Notes under the pieces: model-generated
What the model saw: only the letters and a program-made list of their open reading frames with translations
What the model was told of the DNA's origin: nothing
The model's database searches: none
Shown: positions 50,382 to 61,673 of the stretch, one piece after another
How positions within the stretch are numbered: the first letter of the stretch is position 1
How the letters are laid out: each line of letters begins with the position of its first letter
NCBI GenBank assembly: GCA_035221665.1
Contig: CM069161.1
Span: forward strand, 868,001-932,000
Direction of reading: 5' to 3'
Origin: Okamejei kenojei
Taxonomy: Eukaryota
DNA: 64,000 bases
Position numbers and translations under genes: made by a program

Positions 50382-50602
50382 CTGCTCTCCTCCCCTTCCA
50401 GCAGCTTCCTATAAGTGGCGATCTCGATGTCCAGGGCCAGCTTGACATTGAGCAGGTCCTGGTATGCCTGCAGATGACGAGCCATCTCCTCCTTCAGGTT
50501 CTGGATGTCAGTCTCCATGTGGCTGATGTTGTCCTGGTAATTGTTAGTCTCAAAATTGAAGCGCTCCTCCATCTCACGCAACTGGCGTTCCAATGACTCG
50601 TT
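50382..50602 (-). CDS. GFAP: GFAP exon homologous to exon 6 (221 nt; helix termination motif)
   Basis: [15 protein letters not shown]...[36 protein letters not shown](R). KLALD is GFAP-type. tgacag acceptor and GTAAGG donor. Confidence 0.95.
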
Positions 50603-50978
50603 CTGTCACAAACCAAAACCAGAACAGGACCAAATATCACATCCAGATTCCAGCAATGTGCTCCAGATCCCAGCTCCCTGCACTGGAGTTACTCACGTGT
50701 TACTACTTTATCCACCACATCCCACCATTTCCCTTCCTCTCCACAAAATCCTAGACTATGCTACAGCCACGATGGTCAATGAGGGACTATTCTGAAGCTG
50801 TTATCTTGAGATGTTATTATTGGTATTTAGCAAAGAAAGGCGTTGGACAGGAGCTTGATCCCATGAATGTCCATGTCCGTGCTTGTAATTCCCAGGAGGA
50901 TGAATGCTGCCTGATCCAGAGGTTGAATGTTATATAGTCCAGGTCAGAGAAGTTACCCAGTTAAGTCTGGTTCATGGA

Positions 50979-51364
50979 GGGGGGATCTTATAGAAACATA
51001 TAAAATTATAAAAGGATTGGACAAGCTAGATGCAGGAAAAATGTTCCCAATGTTGGGCGAGTCCAGAACCAGGGGCCAGAGTCTTAGAATAAAGGGGAGG
51101 TCATTTAAGACTGAGGGGAGAAAAAACATTTTCACCCAGTTGTGAATTTGTGGAATTCCCTGCCACAGAGGGCAGTGGAGGCCAAATCACTGGATGGATT
51201 TAAGAGAGAGTTGGATAGAGCTCTAGGGGCTAGTGGAGTCAAGGGATATGGGGGAAGGCAGGCACGGGTTATTGATAGGGGACGATCAGCCATGATCACA
51301 ATGAATGGCGGTGCTGGCTCGAAGGGCCGAATGGCCTCCTCCTGCACCTATTTTCTATGTTTCT
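50979..51364 (+). mobile_element. Young CR1 3' fragment in GFAP intron 5
   Basis: GDLIETYKIIKGLDKLDAGKMFPMLGESRTRG plus 3'UTR; possible atggag TSD. Confidence 0.87.
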
Positions 51365-51611
51365 ATGGAGTTTATAATAGACAAAGCTTTGTGAACTCAG
51401 CCAAGGGGGCTGGGATGAGGAGACGATTGAATTGCCCGATGCTCATAGCAGACACCAGACCAGATTAACCAGAGACCACCGTAATCCTTGAACTTAACAC
51501 ATGTTCTACAGTTGATCCTGGGATTCTGGAAGCAATGTGGAAAGTGTGAATGAAAGAAGTGGTGTTTTGTATTCCTCACTAACCTCGATTCATACTTGGA
51601 AGCACGGAGGT

Positions 51612-51819
51612 GATGTAGAATGCTACAGATGCTGCTTTGTACCAAAGACAGACACAAAGTGTTGGAGTACATCAACGGGTCAGGCAGCATCTCTCGAGAA
51701 ATAGGATCAATGACATTTTGGGTTGGGGTCCTTCTTCGGAAGAAAGGTCCCAACCCAAAACTTTTCTCTAGAGATGCGGCCTGACCCGTTGAGTTACTCC
51801 AGTACTTTGTCTATCTTTG
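51612..51819. mobile_element. Palindromic Penelope-derived mini-element
   Basis: Inverted arms around ccttcttcggaagaaagg; imperfect TSD gca(c/t)ggaggt at 51602 and 51820. Confidence 0.7.
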
Positions 51820-52901
51820 GCATGGAGGTAACGTTAGACTTGTTCCAAATACTGGTTCATATACCTCTGGAGTAATGCATCTACCTCTGGCCAGTACATT
51901 AGCAAGGCTGTGCACTTTGTAGACTGGGTGCAGAGGAGAGGATTTTGGCCGCAGTTAGACTGCCAAAGCTGGAGAAATGAACATTGGGAGATTAGATGGG
52001 GTGGATAGGATAAATAGTGGGTACCTATTCCCATTGGAAATGGGTCAAAGGCCAGGAAGCATAAAGTGCATGGCAAAATATACAGGTGGGATGTCAGGAA
52101 AACAATTGATTAAAGAAAAGTGAATAAGCTCTGAAACTCACTGGCTGCAGGAGTGGTGGAAAAATAGACACAACAAATTGCAAGGTCATATGAAGGAAGC
52201 AATTTGCAAGTCCCTGGGGAAATAGCTGGCACGGAGGCCAAATAGATTGCTCTTCAAAGAGCTGATGGCCCCCTGTGACTTAATGATTCAATTTCTTACA
52301 CATTGAAACTGACAGTTTTTTGAAATATAATTTCCGGATTCAGCCTGTTACCGTTCTTTTGCTGCACGACATCAAACAAGATGCCAGCTGCAGAGGAGAG
52401 CACCGTCTACACCAGTCACATTCAACTTTCCCTGCACAGTTTAGCTCCAGAGCAGTACTCCCTCAGGTCTCCACCAAAATCCCCACCATTTATAATCCTT
52501 TCCCACCTCGCCAGGTCTGTGCAAGGCTTTAATTAGGAATGTTCACAACTGACGATCGATACACAAGGGAAAAAAATTGTTCTCTTCGGCTGAACTAATT
52601 GCAGGACAGAATAATTGGCTGCAAATTGTCATTGCCTCTGCATATTCTCCTGCGGAACTGGATGTGTAGAGGGGAATGCCATGGCAATCAATATCAGAGC
52701 CAATTTAATTGCCCAGTGGTGTCATCCTTTCCAACGAGAAGAGGAATTCTTAACTAGAAGTAGAGGATAAATAGACATTAAATGCTGAGTAACTCAATGG
52801 GTCAGGCAGCATCTCTGGAGAAGAAGAATAGGTGACTTATTTTGTAGGCGACTTCGTTACCTGGAGAGGTCCCCCTGCCCCCGTTCCCAGGGAGAACTCA
52901 C

Positions 52902-53027
52902 CGTGCCCTTCAGACCTTCCAGGTCACACGTCAGGGATTGAATCTGCCTGCGATAGTCGTTCACCTCCTGTTTGGCCTGACGCAGAGCTTCAGCCTGCCG
53001 AGTAGCAGCGTCATTCAGATCGGAGAA
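52902..53027 (-). CDS. GFAP: GFAP exon homologous to exon 5 (126 nt)
   Basis: [42 protein letters not shown], including the conserved LTCDLE cysteine; gtgcag acceptor and GTGAGT donor. Confidence 0.94.
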
Positions 53028-54961
53028 CTGCACACAGAACGGCAAGGTTAGGCGTTACAGCACAGCGGGAACCACAGGACAAGGATAGGGGGCAGGGTGG
53101 TTTCCATTGGCCAGAGCTGAACAGTGGTCCACCTCCCAGCACTCACACATTATACAAAGGATGTGACAGGTTGGAGAGTAGTGGAGGTCCAGGCATTGAA
53201 TACATTCAACACTGAGATAGACTTCTGGACTATAGGGGACTCGAGTGTTATGGGAAGTGGCAGGAAAGTGGAGCAGAAGACAAATCAGACCTTCTGTAGT
53301 ATTAGAACAGGAGGGAGGGGTAGAATGGCCAGCTGTTGACTCCTAGTGATATCCTTCTTTTGCAAATAGGTCTGCAAATTATTCCCAGTTTAAAATCATT
53401 TGATTTTGGAACAATGATTCCCAGCGTGAACCTTGCACAAGGGAATTCTAGCCAGGCTTTCCATTTGACTTCCTGATAGGTAAGTTCAAGCGGTGACCAC
53501 CTGGGAAGAGACTAAAGGGCACCTTCCCTGAACGTACCGGATGCTGAGGCTCAAGCTTCCATCTATCTGCCACTCAAATAAAACCTTGACGTTAAAAATT
53601 AAAGGATCTTTCCCAAAAAAATTCCCAATGCTGCAAATATTGAAATGTTGCTTCACCTGCAGCCTACCCCTTGCTTTTAAACTGTGCCCCTGGGCAGAGC
53701 ATCCTCAGTCAGTGCAAATATCCTTCCTGCATCTAGCCTGTTGGCCTTTTGAGAATTTTGTATGTTTTGATGAAATCGCTCAATCTTTTCAAATGTAAAG
53801 AATATGGTCCACTCCCACTCAATTTCTCATTGGGCAACCAGTCTTGTGAATCTTTAGTGCACTGTCAGGTGGAAAATGCACCCTTTCTGAAATAAGATTA
53901 AAGCTGTACACAATGCACCAGGCGCAGTTTGACGAAGGGTCTATACAACTGAATTACACTTCCTTATCCCTCTTGTGTTCCCCTAATAAAAGGCCACTAT
54001 CCCATTTTCCCTTGCCACTACTTGCTCTACCTTTAGTGACGTGTGAACTGGGACTCCAGGTACTGTTGAACATCACCCAATCTCTCATCATTAAATACAT
54101 TTTGCTTTTATGTTTTGTGCACCAAATTAGAGGACTTCACGCTTTGTAATCCATCTGCCACCTTCTCCCAACTCACTCAGATTGTCCAGCACCCCATGAA
54201 GCCTCTTTCCATCCTCCTCCATACTTACAAAGCCACCTGGTTTAGTGTCAAGAACAAATTTGGAAATATAACCTTGGTTCCTCAGCTAAGCCACTGATAT
54301 GGATCATGAATGGCCAGGACCCAAGCACCGATTCCTACGGTACCGCTCCCATCATGCACTGCTAACCTGAGAACTCGTCCACACTTTGACCATGTTCCAA
54401 GCATCAATCTCCTCTCAAGATTCCCTCATCATCATCCCAAAACATTCAGATGTTCTTCTTGTGTAAGAAGGAGCTGCAGATGCTGGTTTAAACCAAAGAT
54501 AAACACAAAGCCTTCTTCCCACCATTTTCTCCTCCAGCCTTCACCTCCAACATGACTCCCAATTATCTGTCCCACAAGATTCATCTTCCCAATATTTCTG
54601 GCTGATCTTCCCCCATTGCAATGGTGGGAGATTGTGAGGATGGTTCTGTTGTGCCTTTTGCCTGAGATCTCTGGGCAATCATCCATTCCTCCACACTTGA
54701 GGTTTTGGATCCTGCTACCCTTGTGGTTTGCAACTTGGGCTGTTTTGGACTAGGAGGAATTTGGTGGTAATTATTTGTGCATTCACTCATTGTTGTGTGA
54801 TTCTGGCTCACATATGTTGGTAGTTGTGTATTAAAACACTGACTACTCTTACATATAAAACACATTGGGAAGGCCCGTGGTTGTGAAGGACTTTATAAAT
54901 ATAGTCCTTTTCTTGGCAGCAGGGAGGCTTGTGTGTGCCCCCAGGTATGGAGTGTACTTAC

Positions 54962-55123
54962 CTTGGCTTTGTACCACTCCTCTGCCTCCTGCATGTTCTT
55001 GCAGGCAACAGATTCGTACTGGGTGCGAATGTCCTTGAGGGCAGCGGTGAGGTCTGGCTTGGAGACGTCCACCTCAACATGGACCTGCTGCAACTGGTGC
55101 TGCTCCTGCAGCTCCCGAATTTC
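54962..55123 (-). CDS. GFAP: GFAP exon homologous to exon 4 (162 nt)
   Basis: [54 protein letters not shown]; cttcag acceptor and GTAAGT donor. Confidence 0.94.
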
Positions 55124-55262
55124 CTGAAGGATGAAGAAGTGGGAACAGGTCAGACATGCTCTAGAATTCTCAACCACGTACTGGAAAACCCGATCAGACC
55201 TGTAGCCGTGCTTCTGCTCGCTGCAGGCCCACCTCTGGCCTCAGTGACTTGAGTCTCCTTAC

Positions 55263-55358
55263 CTCATCATGGACTTTCTTCAAGAAGTCAATCTCATCCT
55301 GCAAGGAATCGATTTTCCGTTCCAAATCAATCCGAACCAAGGCAGCATCATCAACATC
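55263..55358 (-). CDS. GFAP: GFAP exon homologous to exon 3 (96 nt)
   Basis: [32 protein letters not shown]; cctcag acceptor and GTAAGG donor. Confidence 0.94.
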
Positions 55359-55451
55359 CTGAGGAAATGAGGATGGAGAGCACAGAGTTAGGTACACCAC
55401 AGCATCGGGAATGTTGGGATTTTGAGTAAAAATGAAGTGCTGGAGGAACTT

Positions 55452-55749
55452 TGCATGGTGATGCAGTTACTGTCTTGCAGTGCCAGAGATCCAGGTTCAA
55501 TCCTGACTACGGGTGCTGTCTGTACAGAGTTTGTACATTTTCCCCGTGACTGCGTGGCTTTCTCCTGGATGTTCCAGTTTCCTCCCACGTTCCAAAGTTG
55601 TACAGGTTTGTAGGTTAATTGGCTTCAGTAAAGATTGTAAATTGTCCCTAGTGTGTAGGATAGGCTGGTGTATGGGGGATGCTGGTCAGCGCGGACTTGG
55701 TGGGACGAAGGGGCTGTTTCCATGCTGTATCTCTAAACTAAATTAAACT
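55452..55749 (+). mobile_element. HE1-like SINE inserted into a Penelope-derived terminal fragment
   Basis: Splits gctggaggaact|cagcgggccaggcagcatc; has a V-domain and a taaac tail. Confidence 0.78.
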
Positions 55750-56056
55750 CAGCGGGCCAGGCAGCATCTGCGCGGGGACATTATCAGTCGAGGTTTCGGG
55801 TTGGACCCTTCTTCGGGCTTCATTAATTGCTGTTGCAAAATCATTCATTCAACTTTTACCAATGAGCTGCAAAGTAATTCACAGCTCTGTGCTGCAATGG
55901 TGGACTTTAGGGAGTTGAAACATAACTGAAAGGTTGTGGGTTTAAATCCCACTAAAAGTTTGACTGACAATGTTTTAAAGTGCTGTATCATCCTAGAGTT
56001 GTGCCAATAACTCCCAGGTTTTGTATTCTAGGCCCGAGCTGTTCAAAGCAAAGAAG

Positions 56057-56185
56057 CTGAAGAAGGGTCTCGACCTGAAACGTCACCCATTCCTTCTCTC
56101 CACAGATGCTGCCTGTCCCGCTGAGTTACTCCAGCTTTTTATGTCTGTCTTCGGTTTAAACCAGCATCTACAGTTCCTTCCTACA
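56057..56185 (+). ncRNA. Minimal type I hammerhead-ribozyme-like motif in a Penelope-derived terminal repeat
   Basis: CTGAAGA-A-GGGTC-TC-GACCT-GAAA-CG-TC at 56057-56084: CUGAnGA core, helix II, GAAA, palindromic ACGU and a UH site. Activity is not demonstrated. Confidence 0.6.
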
Positions 56186-56831
56186 CACTTCTTTCATTAC
56201 TCAATCTTCTTGAGTTACCTACATTTCATTGTACATGCCCTGCACTTATTGGAACACCTTAAATTACACCACCTCTCACTTATTAAGATTAAATTCCCTC
56301 TGTAATTGCTCTATCCAATTTACCAGTTGATCATTCTCATACTGTAACCTGACTACCAACTGTTCCTCACAAGATGAATTGAGCACTGACTCATACAGCA
56401 TGGGAATAGAATACTCATCTCCCTACAGACCAGTGGACACCCATTCATGTTAATCCCATCTTCCGGCACCTGGTCCCCTGGCCTTCTAGGCCAAGGTGAT
56501 TTGAGTCTCAACCCTTTGTTGTGTTAAAGCAACCAGTAGTCATATCTTTGAACATTTAAACACTGCTTTTGACAAATAGGATGTAGTGGATCATGTCTTT
56601 GGGCATCAGGAGGGTGTGCTTTCTGCAAAGAGCAGCTTCCAGCCAGTTCATTCTCCTATCCAGGTGCCCCATTAATGACCCTGGGCATTATCCCCGACAC
56701 TGCCCTACACATTGGATTAACACGCACAGATTCCAATTCTGCTCCGCCACTCGCCCAACTCATTCCCAGTCCTTCCTCAGCGCCGCGACATGCGGTTTTA
56801 TCCAAGGAGACTCCCGTCCACCATTTCGCAC

Positions 56832-56892
56832 CTGTTTATATGCGGCCAGGTTGTTCTCAGCTTCAGTGCGGAGAGTCATCTCATCTTGTAAC
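56832..56892 (-). CDS. GFAP: GFAP exon homologous to mammalian exon 2 (61 nt)
   Basis: (R)LQDEMTLRTEAENNLAAYKQ; ctacag acceptor and GTGCGA donor; canonical 61-nt type III intermediate filament exon. Confidence 0.93.
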
Positions 56893-57196
56893 CTGTAGGT
56901 CAGAATTTAAAGGTGAATGCCTTTGTTCAGTCCGTTAAAGAGTGAGAAGTTTGCTGACAACTGCAACAGTTTAGGCTTTAAAAGAAGAGCATGTCAACTC
57001 TCAAAGCCTCCAGGCTTCCAACCAGATGCTCATCTCTTATATATAATCTTCCTTCTAAGAGTTACTAACCCGGAATCCCTATATTTTCAGATAGGGTGGA
57101 GATCAGGATGTCCTATCCTAGAGAGCTGTGTCTATGCTACCCGGATGCCCCCCCCCATACATTGGGTGGCTCCTACCTGGGACAGGTGGGCCATAC

Positions 57197-57604
57197 CTCT
57201 GTTTCAGGTTGTTGTGGTCATCCAGCAGGCTGTCCCTCTCGATCTCCAGGCGAGCCTTGGCGCTGTTCAGCTGGTCCATCTGCTGCCGCAGTTCCCTGAT
57301 CTCGTCCAGGTACATCTCCCCTAGCCGGCTGGGCTCCTTCCCCTTGATCTGGTTGAGCTCGGTGGCCAGGACCTGGTTCTGGTTCTCCAGGAAGCGCACC
57401 TTCTCGATGTAACTGGCAAAGCGGTCGTTCAGCTCCATCATCTCAAACTTCTCGTTGGTTCGAGTCTCCTTGAACTCTGCGTTGAGGGCATCCGACAGGG
57501 AGAAGTTGAGCTTCTCCTGGTACATCCCTGCAACTTTAGTTGGGTAGTTAACGTGTTGTTTCATTCGGACCACAGAGCTTCTGGAGGAGACTGGTAGAGT
57601 AGAC
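57197..57604 (-). CDS. GFAP: Glial fibrillary acidic protein, first located coding exon (C-terminal part of head, coil 1A, start of coil 1B; 408 nt)
   Basis: ...[47 protein letters not shown]...[10 protein letters not shown]...[28 protein letters not shown] is the GFAP coil-1A signature. Donor AG|GTATGG at 57196. The 5' boundary is taken at the acceptor tttactttcttgcacag (57605) and is less certain than the rest. Confidence 0.9.
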
Positions 57605-58735
57605 CTGTGCAAGAAAGTAAACTCACCAATCAACAAACGTTTGTTTAATTTTAACTCTTCCCTCACCTCTGGTATAATTGTATTGGCATCCCAAATGTAC
57701 ATAGCAGAGATCGCCAGGCTGCTAATAACTTGACCATGCTTCTCCAAATCGTGCACATTACTGTCACATCCATCCTAATGTATAGTGCCCAGATTGGACT
57801 GTGGCGGTCCCTGGGCATTAAGCCACTCCTTGGGTCATCTCCCTCGGCTATTGAGGGACAGGGGCATTGGTCTGCCATGGGGTTTCCCGAGGTCCTTCTC
57901 GGGGGTGTGTGTGTGTTCTCGCTGTGACATTAAAAACTACTGTTGAGCCTGCCTGACGTCTGGCTTTTTCCCGACCTCATCCAGGCCGCTACAGAACACT
58001 ATATACACTGGTTTGACCACAGCTAAAATGTCATCATGCTCTTGAATTATTTGGCATTGTTAAAAGCCCAGTATGCTTTATTTCAAATGCTTCTTAACAT
58101 GTACTTTCAATGAATCATATGAAGGCGGCTGAATGTTCATTCTTTTAACCCCTTTAGAATCGTGCTCTCTGTTTTATATTGGCTCTTCTTAATCTTCATA
58201 CCACAATCACATTTCCCAGCAATTACTTACATCTGCCTTCCAAATGCCCATTTCACTAGGCTGTCCCCATAGTCCTGTTATCTTTCTTCAATGAATAACT
58301 TTACATTTCTCCCATTATGCACCATCCTGGCGTCCACTGTGGCCTTATCATGTGGCTTGGTGCTGCTTCTGATGCACCTCTTACTGCGGTGAACCAGGGA
58401 ACCAAGCATTCACTGCACATAAATGCACAGAAACTGTGTAGGAATGAATTGTAGATGCCGGTTTACACCAAAGATAGACGAAAAAACAAGGAGTAACTCA
58501 GCGGGTCAGGCAACATCTCTGGAGAAAAGGAATAGGTGGCATTTTGGGTTGAGACTCCTCTTCACATTCTCACAGAGCTACATCCAAGCATCAGCCATGT
58601 GATTACATTGTCCTCAAACACAGAAAGCCTCATGTAACAATGTTTGACATGCCCTTTTATCAAAATCCTTTTGAAAATCTAGGTAACTACATTCACCAAT
58701 TACTCTCATCAACACAGAGAGATATATCTGCAAAT

Positions 58736-59455
58736 TGACAATAGACAATGGAGAATAGGTGCAGGAGTAGGCCATTCGGCCCTTTGAGCCAGCACTGCCA
58801 TTCAATGTGATCATGGCTGATCATCCCCAATCAGTACCCCGTTTCTGCCTTCTCCCCATATTTCCTGACTCCGCTATTTTTAAGAGCCTTATCTAGCTCT
58901 CTTGAAAGCATCCAGAGGACCTGCCTCCACCGCCCTCCGAGGCAGAGAATTCCATAGACTCACCACTCTGAGAAAAAGTGTTTTCTCGTCTCTGTTCTAA
59001 ATGGCTTACCCCTTATTCTTATACTGTGGCCCCTGGTTCTGGACTCCCCCAACATCGGGAACACGTTTCCTGCCTCTAGCGTGTCCAAGCCCTTAACAAT
59101 CTTATACGTTTCAATGAGATCCCCTCTCATCCTAAACTCCAGAGTGTACAAGCCCAGCATATGGCAGTCCCGCCATCCCAGGAATTAACCTACGCTGCAC
59201 TCCCTCAATAGCAAAAATGTTCTTACTCAAATTAGGGGACAAAAACTGCACACAATACTCCAGGTGTGGTCTCACTAGGGCCCTGTACAACTGCAGAAGG
59301 ACCTCTTTGCTCCTATATTCGATTCCTCTTGTTATAAAGGCCAACATGCCATTCGCTTTCTTCACTGCCTGCTGTACCTGCATGCTTACTTTCATAGACT
59401 GATGTACAAGGGCCCCCAGATCCCGTTGTACTTCCCCTTTTCCCAACCTGACGCC
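58736..59455 (-). mobile_element. Young CR1 3' fragment (about 720 bp)
   Basis: QRDLG...QQAVKKANGMLAFITRGIEYRSKEVLLQLYRALVRPHLEYCVQF and GLYTLE...GDLIETYKI, plus 3'UTR. Confidence 0.9.
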
Positions 59456-61539
59456 AATTGCTCAATTAACAAATTACCAATGGACCTTCATGAAATCATG
59501 GGGCCTCTGGACAAGCAGATGATGATTTTCTGAACATTCTTCGACTATGTACTTATTGATCTTCTCGGCCACTGGTGTTAAGCTAATTGGTCTGCAGATT
59601 CTCATTTTCTCTCTGCATCCTTTCACGATCACAGTGTTACATTTACTGTGATAGATGTGGTGTCCCAATGGAATACACTCGCATCATCCTACAAAACATG
59701 CCCCAATGGGATTGCTCCAATTATTGCAGCACAAGATAGTGGGATGGATAATGACACACTGCAAGATGTCTCCCTTTCGATATGTAGTGCCTGCATTGTT
59801 ACAGAACCTCATCCCAAACACTGCATGGTTTGTAGTCATCTGCAATTATTTAAACATTTTCATTTGCAGCCAGCCATAGATTATACACTCGATGCATTGC
59901 ACAAAATGTCCCTTTTGAAGTAAAAATAATCAGTTGCCTACAGATCCAATTACACAGTACTCACTAGTGACGGACAACTTTATTTCTTCCATAGTGAAAC
60001 ACCCGAACCAATAATCTGGGGCCATTTTGTTACACTCTGCAATAGTCAACGAGAAACGTTATTTGGAAGGCAGGTTTGGGGCTGATATACGTGGGGTAAT
60101 TCATTCCCAGACCACTCTTCATATACCAGGCTGCTCAAGGTGCTCAGCTTTGTACATTTCCCAGGCAATTAGGTCCTTCAAAAGCTACACTTGTCTGGGA
60201 CCTCCGACAGGCAAGTTCTTTACATTCCATATCCTCACCAAAGGACTAATCCAGCCAACACCTGACGGCCCCCAGATACTCTGAACTCACAGTAGGCTAT
60301 CCTGAAGCCTCTTCACCACACCCCAAGGCCCAGTCCTCAACTCTCAGATCAGATGCTTCAACCTCCAAATATCACCTGGCCCTGGTACGGCAAAATACCT
60401 CTTCTCACACATCCCTCACCACCATCCCCACTCCTCATCTTGAGTACCTGCATCTGATTCCTCTCCTTCTGCCCAAAGGCTAACCCAAGGTACTGCCCAA
60501 ACACCAATGGCCACCAGCCATGTCAGCCCCTTCACCATATCCGGGTGACAGAATCTCCATTCCATTGTACTCCAGGTCTTCTGAAGTGGGGGGGGGGGGG
60601 GGGGCACCTTCTGAACAGAGGGGCAACAACTGTCACTTTCTTTTGTGTACCTTTTAGAGTTTGACGGACATGCTAGACCAACATGTTCTGTGTCAACATC
60701 TGGTCCAAAATCAACCTGCCATCGTCTGCTGTACTCCTCCAAGATAAATATATCCGTCTACATTGGCAAGAGAGACCAGTACACAATATTCCAACCCACT
60801 GCTTTGTTTTTGCTCTAGATTCCAATTCCACAGCCTTGAGTCTCCATGATATTCCAGCTACAATCTCAGCAGGGTTTTATATCATTGGAGTAAATGGGTG
60901 AGATGAGCCACGCCAACAGAATGTCTTTTACCCAAGGGTTCAGATTCTCGTTTGTTCCGTTTACTGGCAGAGAGGTGACTCGTCAGAGATTTGTGAGTCC
61001 TCAACATGATGTCAAAACCCCGGGTTAATAAAGCCATTATGGCATCAAATCAAACAAGGAAACCTTCTGGTGATCACTTTGGAGACCTTTGAACTATCTT
61101 TAATCAGGCTTTTTCTTGCACTGAATGATGTGCCCTTTGGCCTATATGTGTACTGTAATCATGTATGGTCTTTACGTTGACGGGATGGCAAGCGACAAAA
61201 AAGCTTTTCACTGTACACGTGACAATACGAAACTAAACTAAGAGTAAATGATATCCCACCTGACCTGGTCCTCCCCAATTTATCTGTTGCATTAAAGTAT
61301 TGGTATCACCCTTCATGTTATTGTGCAGTGTTATTACACATTGAATGGCAGCTACGGGACTCTTACACCAGCCATCCATTCCACAAGTGGCCAACCAGCC
61401 ACATCACAAATTTATGCTGCCACAACTCAAAACTGCACAACATAGCATTGCATGCCACAGCACCAAAACAGGCCCTGCAGCCCACTGTCCCACCTGACCA
61501 TCAACAGCCTATTTACGCTATGCCCCCCTCCCCAAAAAA

Positions 61540-61641
61540 CCACACACTGCTGGAATAACTCAGCAGGTCAGGCAGCATGTTTGGACAATATGGATCGGTG
61601 ACATTTCAGGTCAGTGCCCTTCTTCAGACTGATTGTGGGAG

Positions 61642-61673
<32 letters not shown>

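Noticed and set aside
57605-57756. N-terminal 50 aa of ORF 57118-57756 as the GFAP head
   Set aside because: Non-ATG start, not Ser/Arg-rich, and it contains a polypyrimidine tract with an acceptor; probably intronic. An in-frame ATG (MYIWD) exists but gives a non-homologous peptide.
60416-60847. METQG... (60847) or MEEYSRRW...FGP (60742) as the missing GFAP N-terminus
   Set aside because: The first stops after 10 codons and overlaps a decayed Penelope-type terminus. The second starts at TTG within a CR1 remnant and I found no suitable phase-2 donor.
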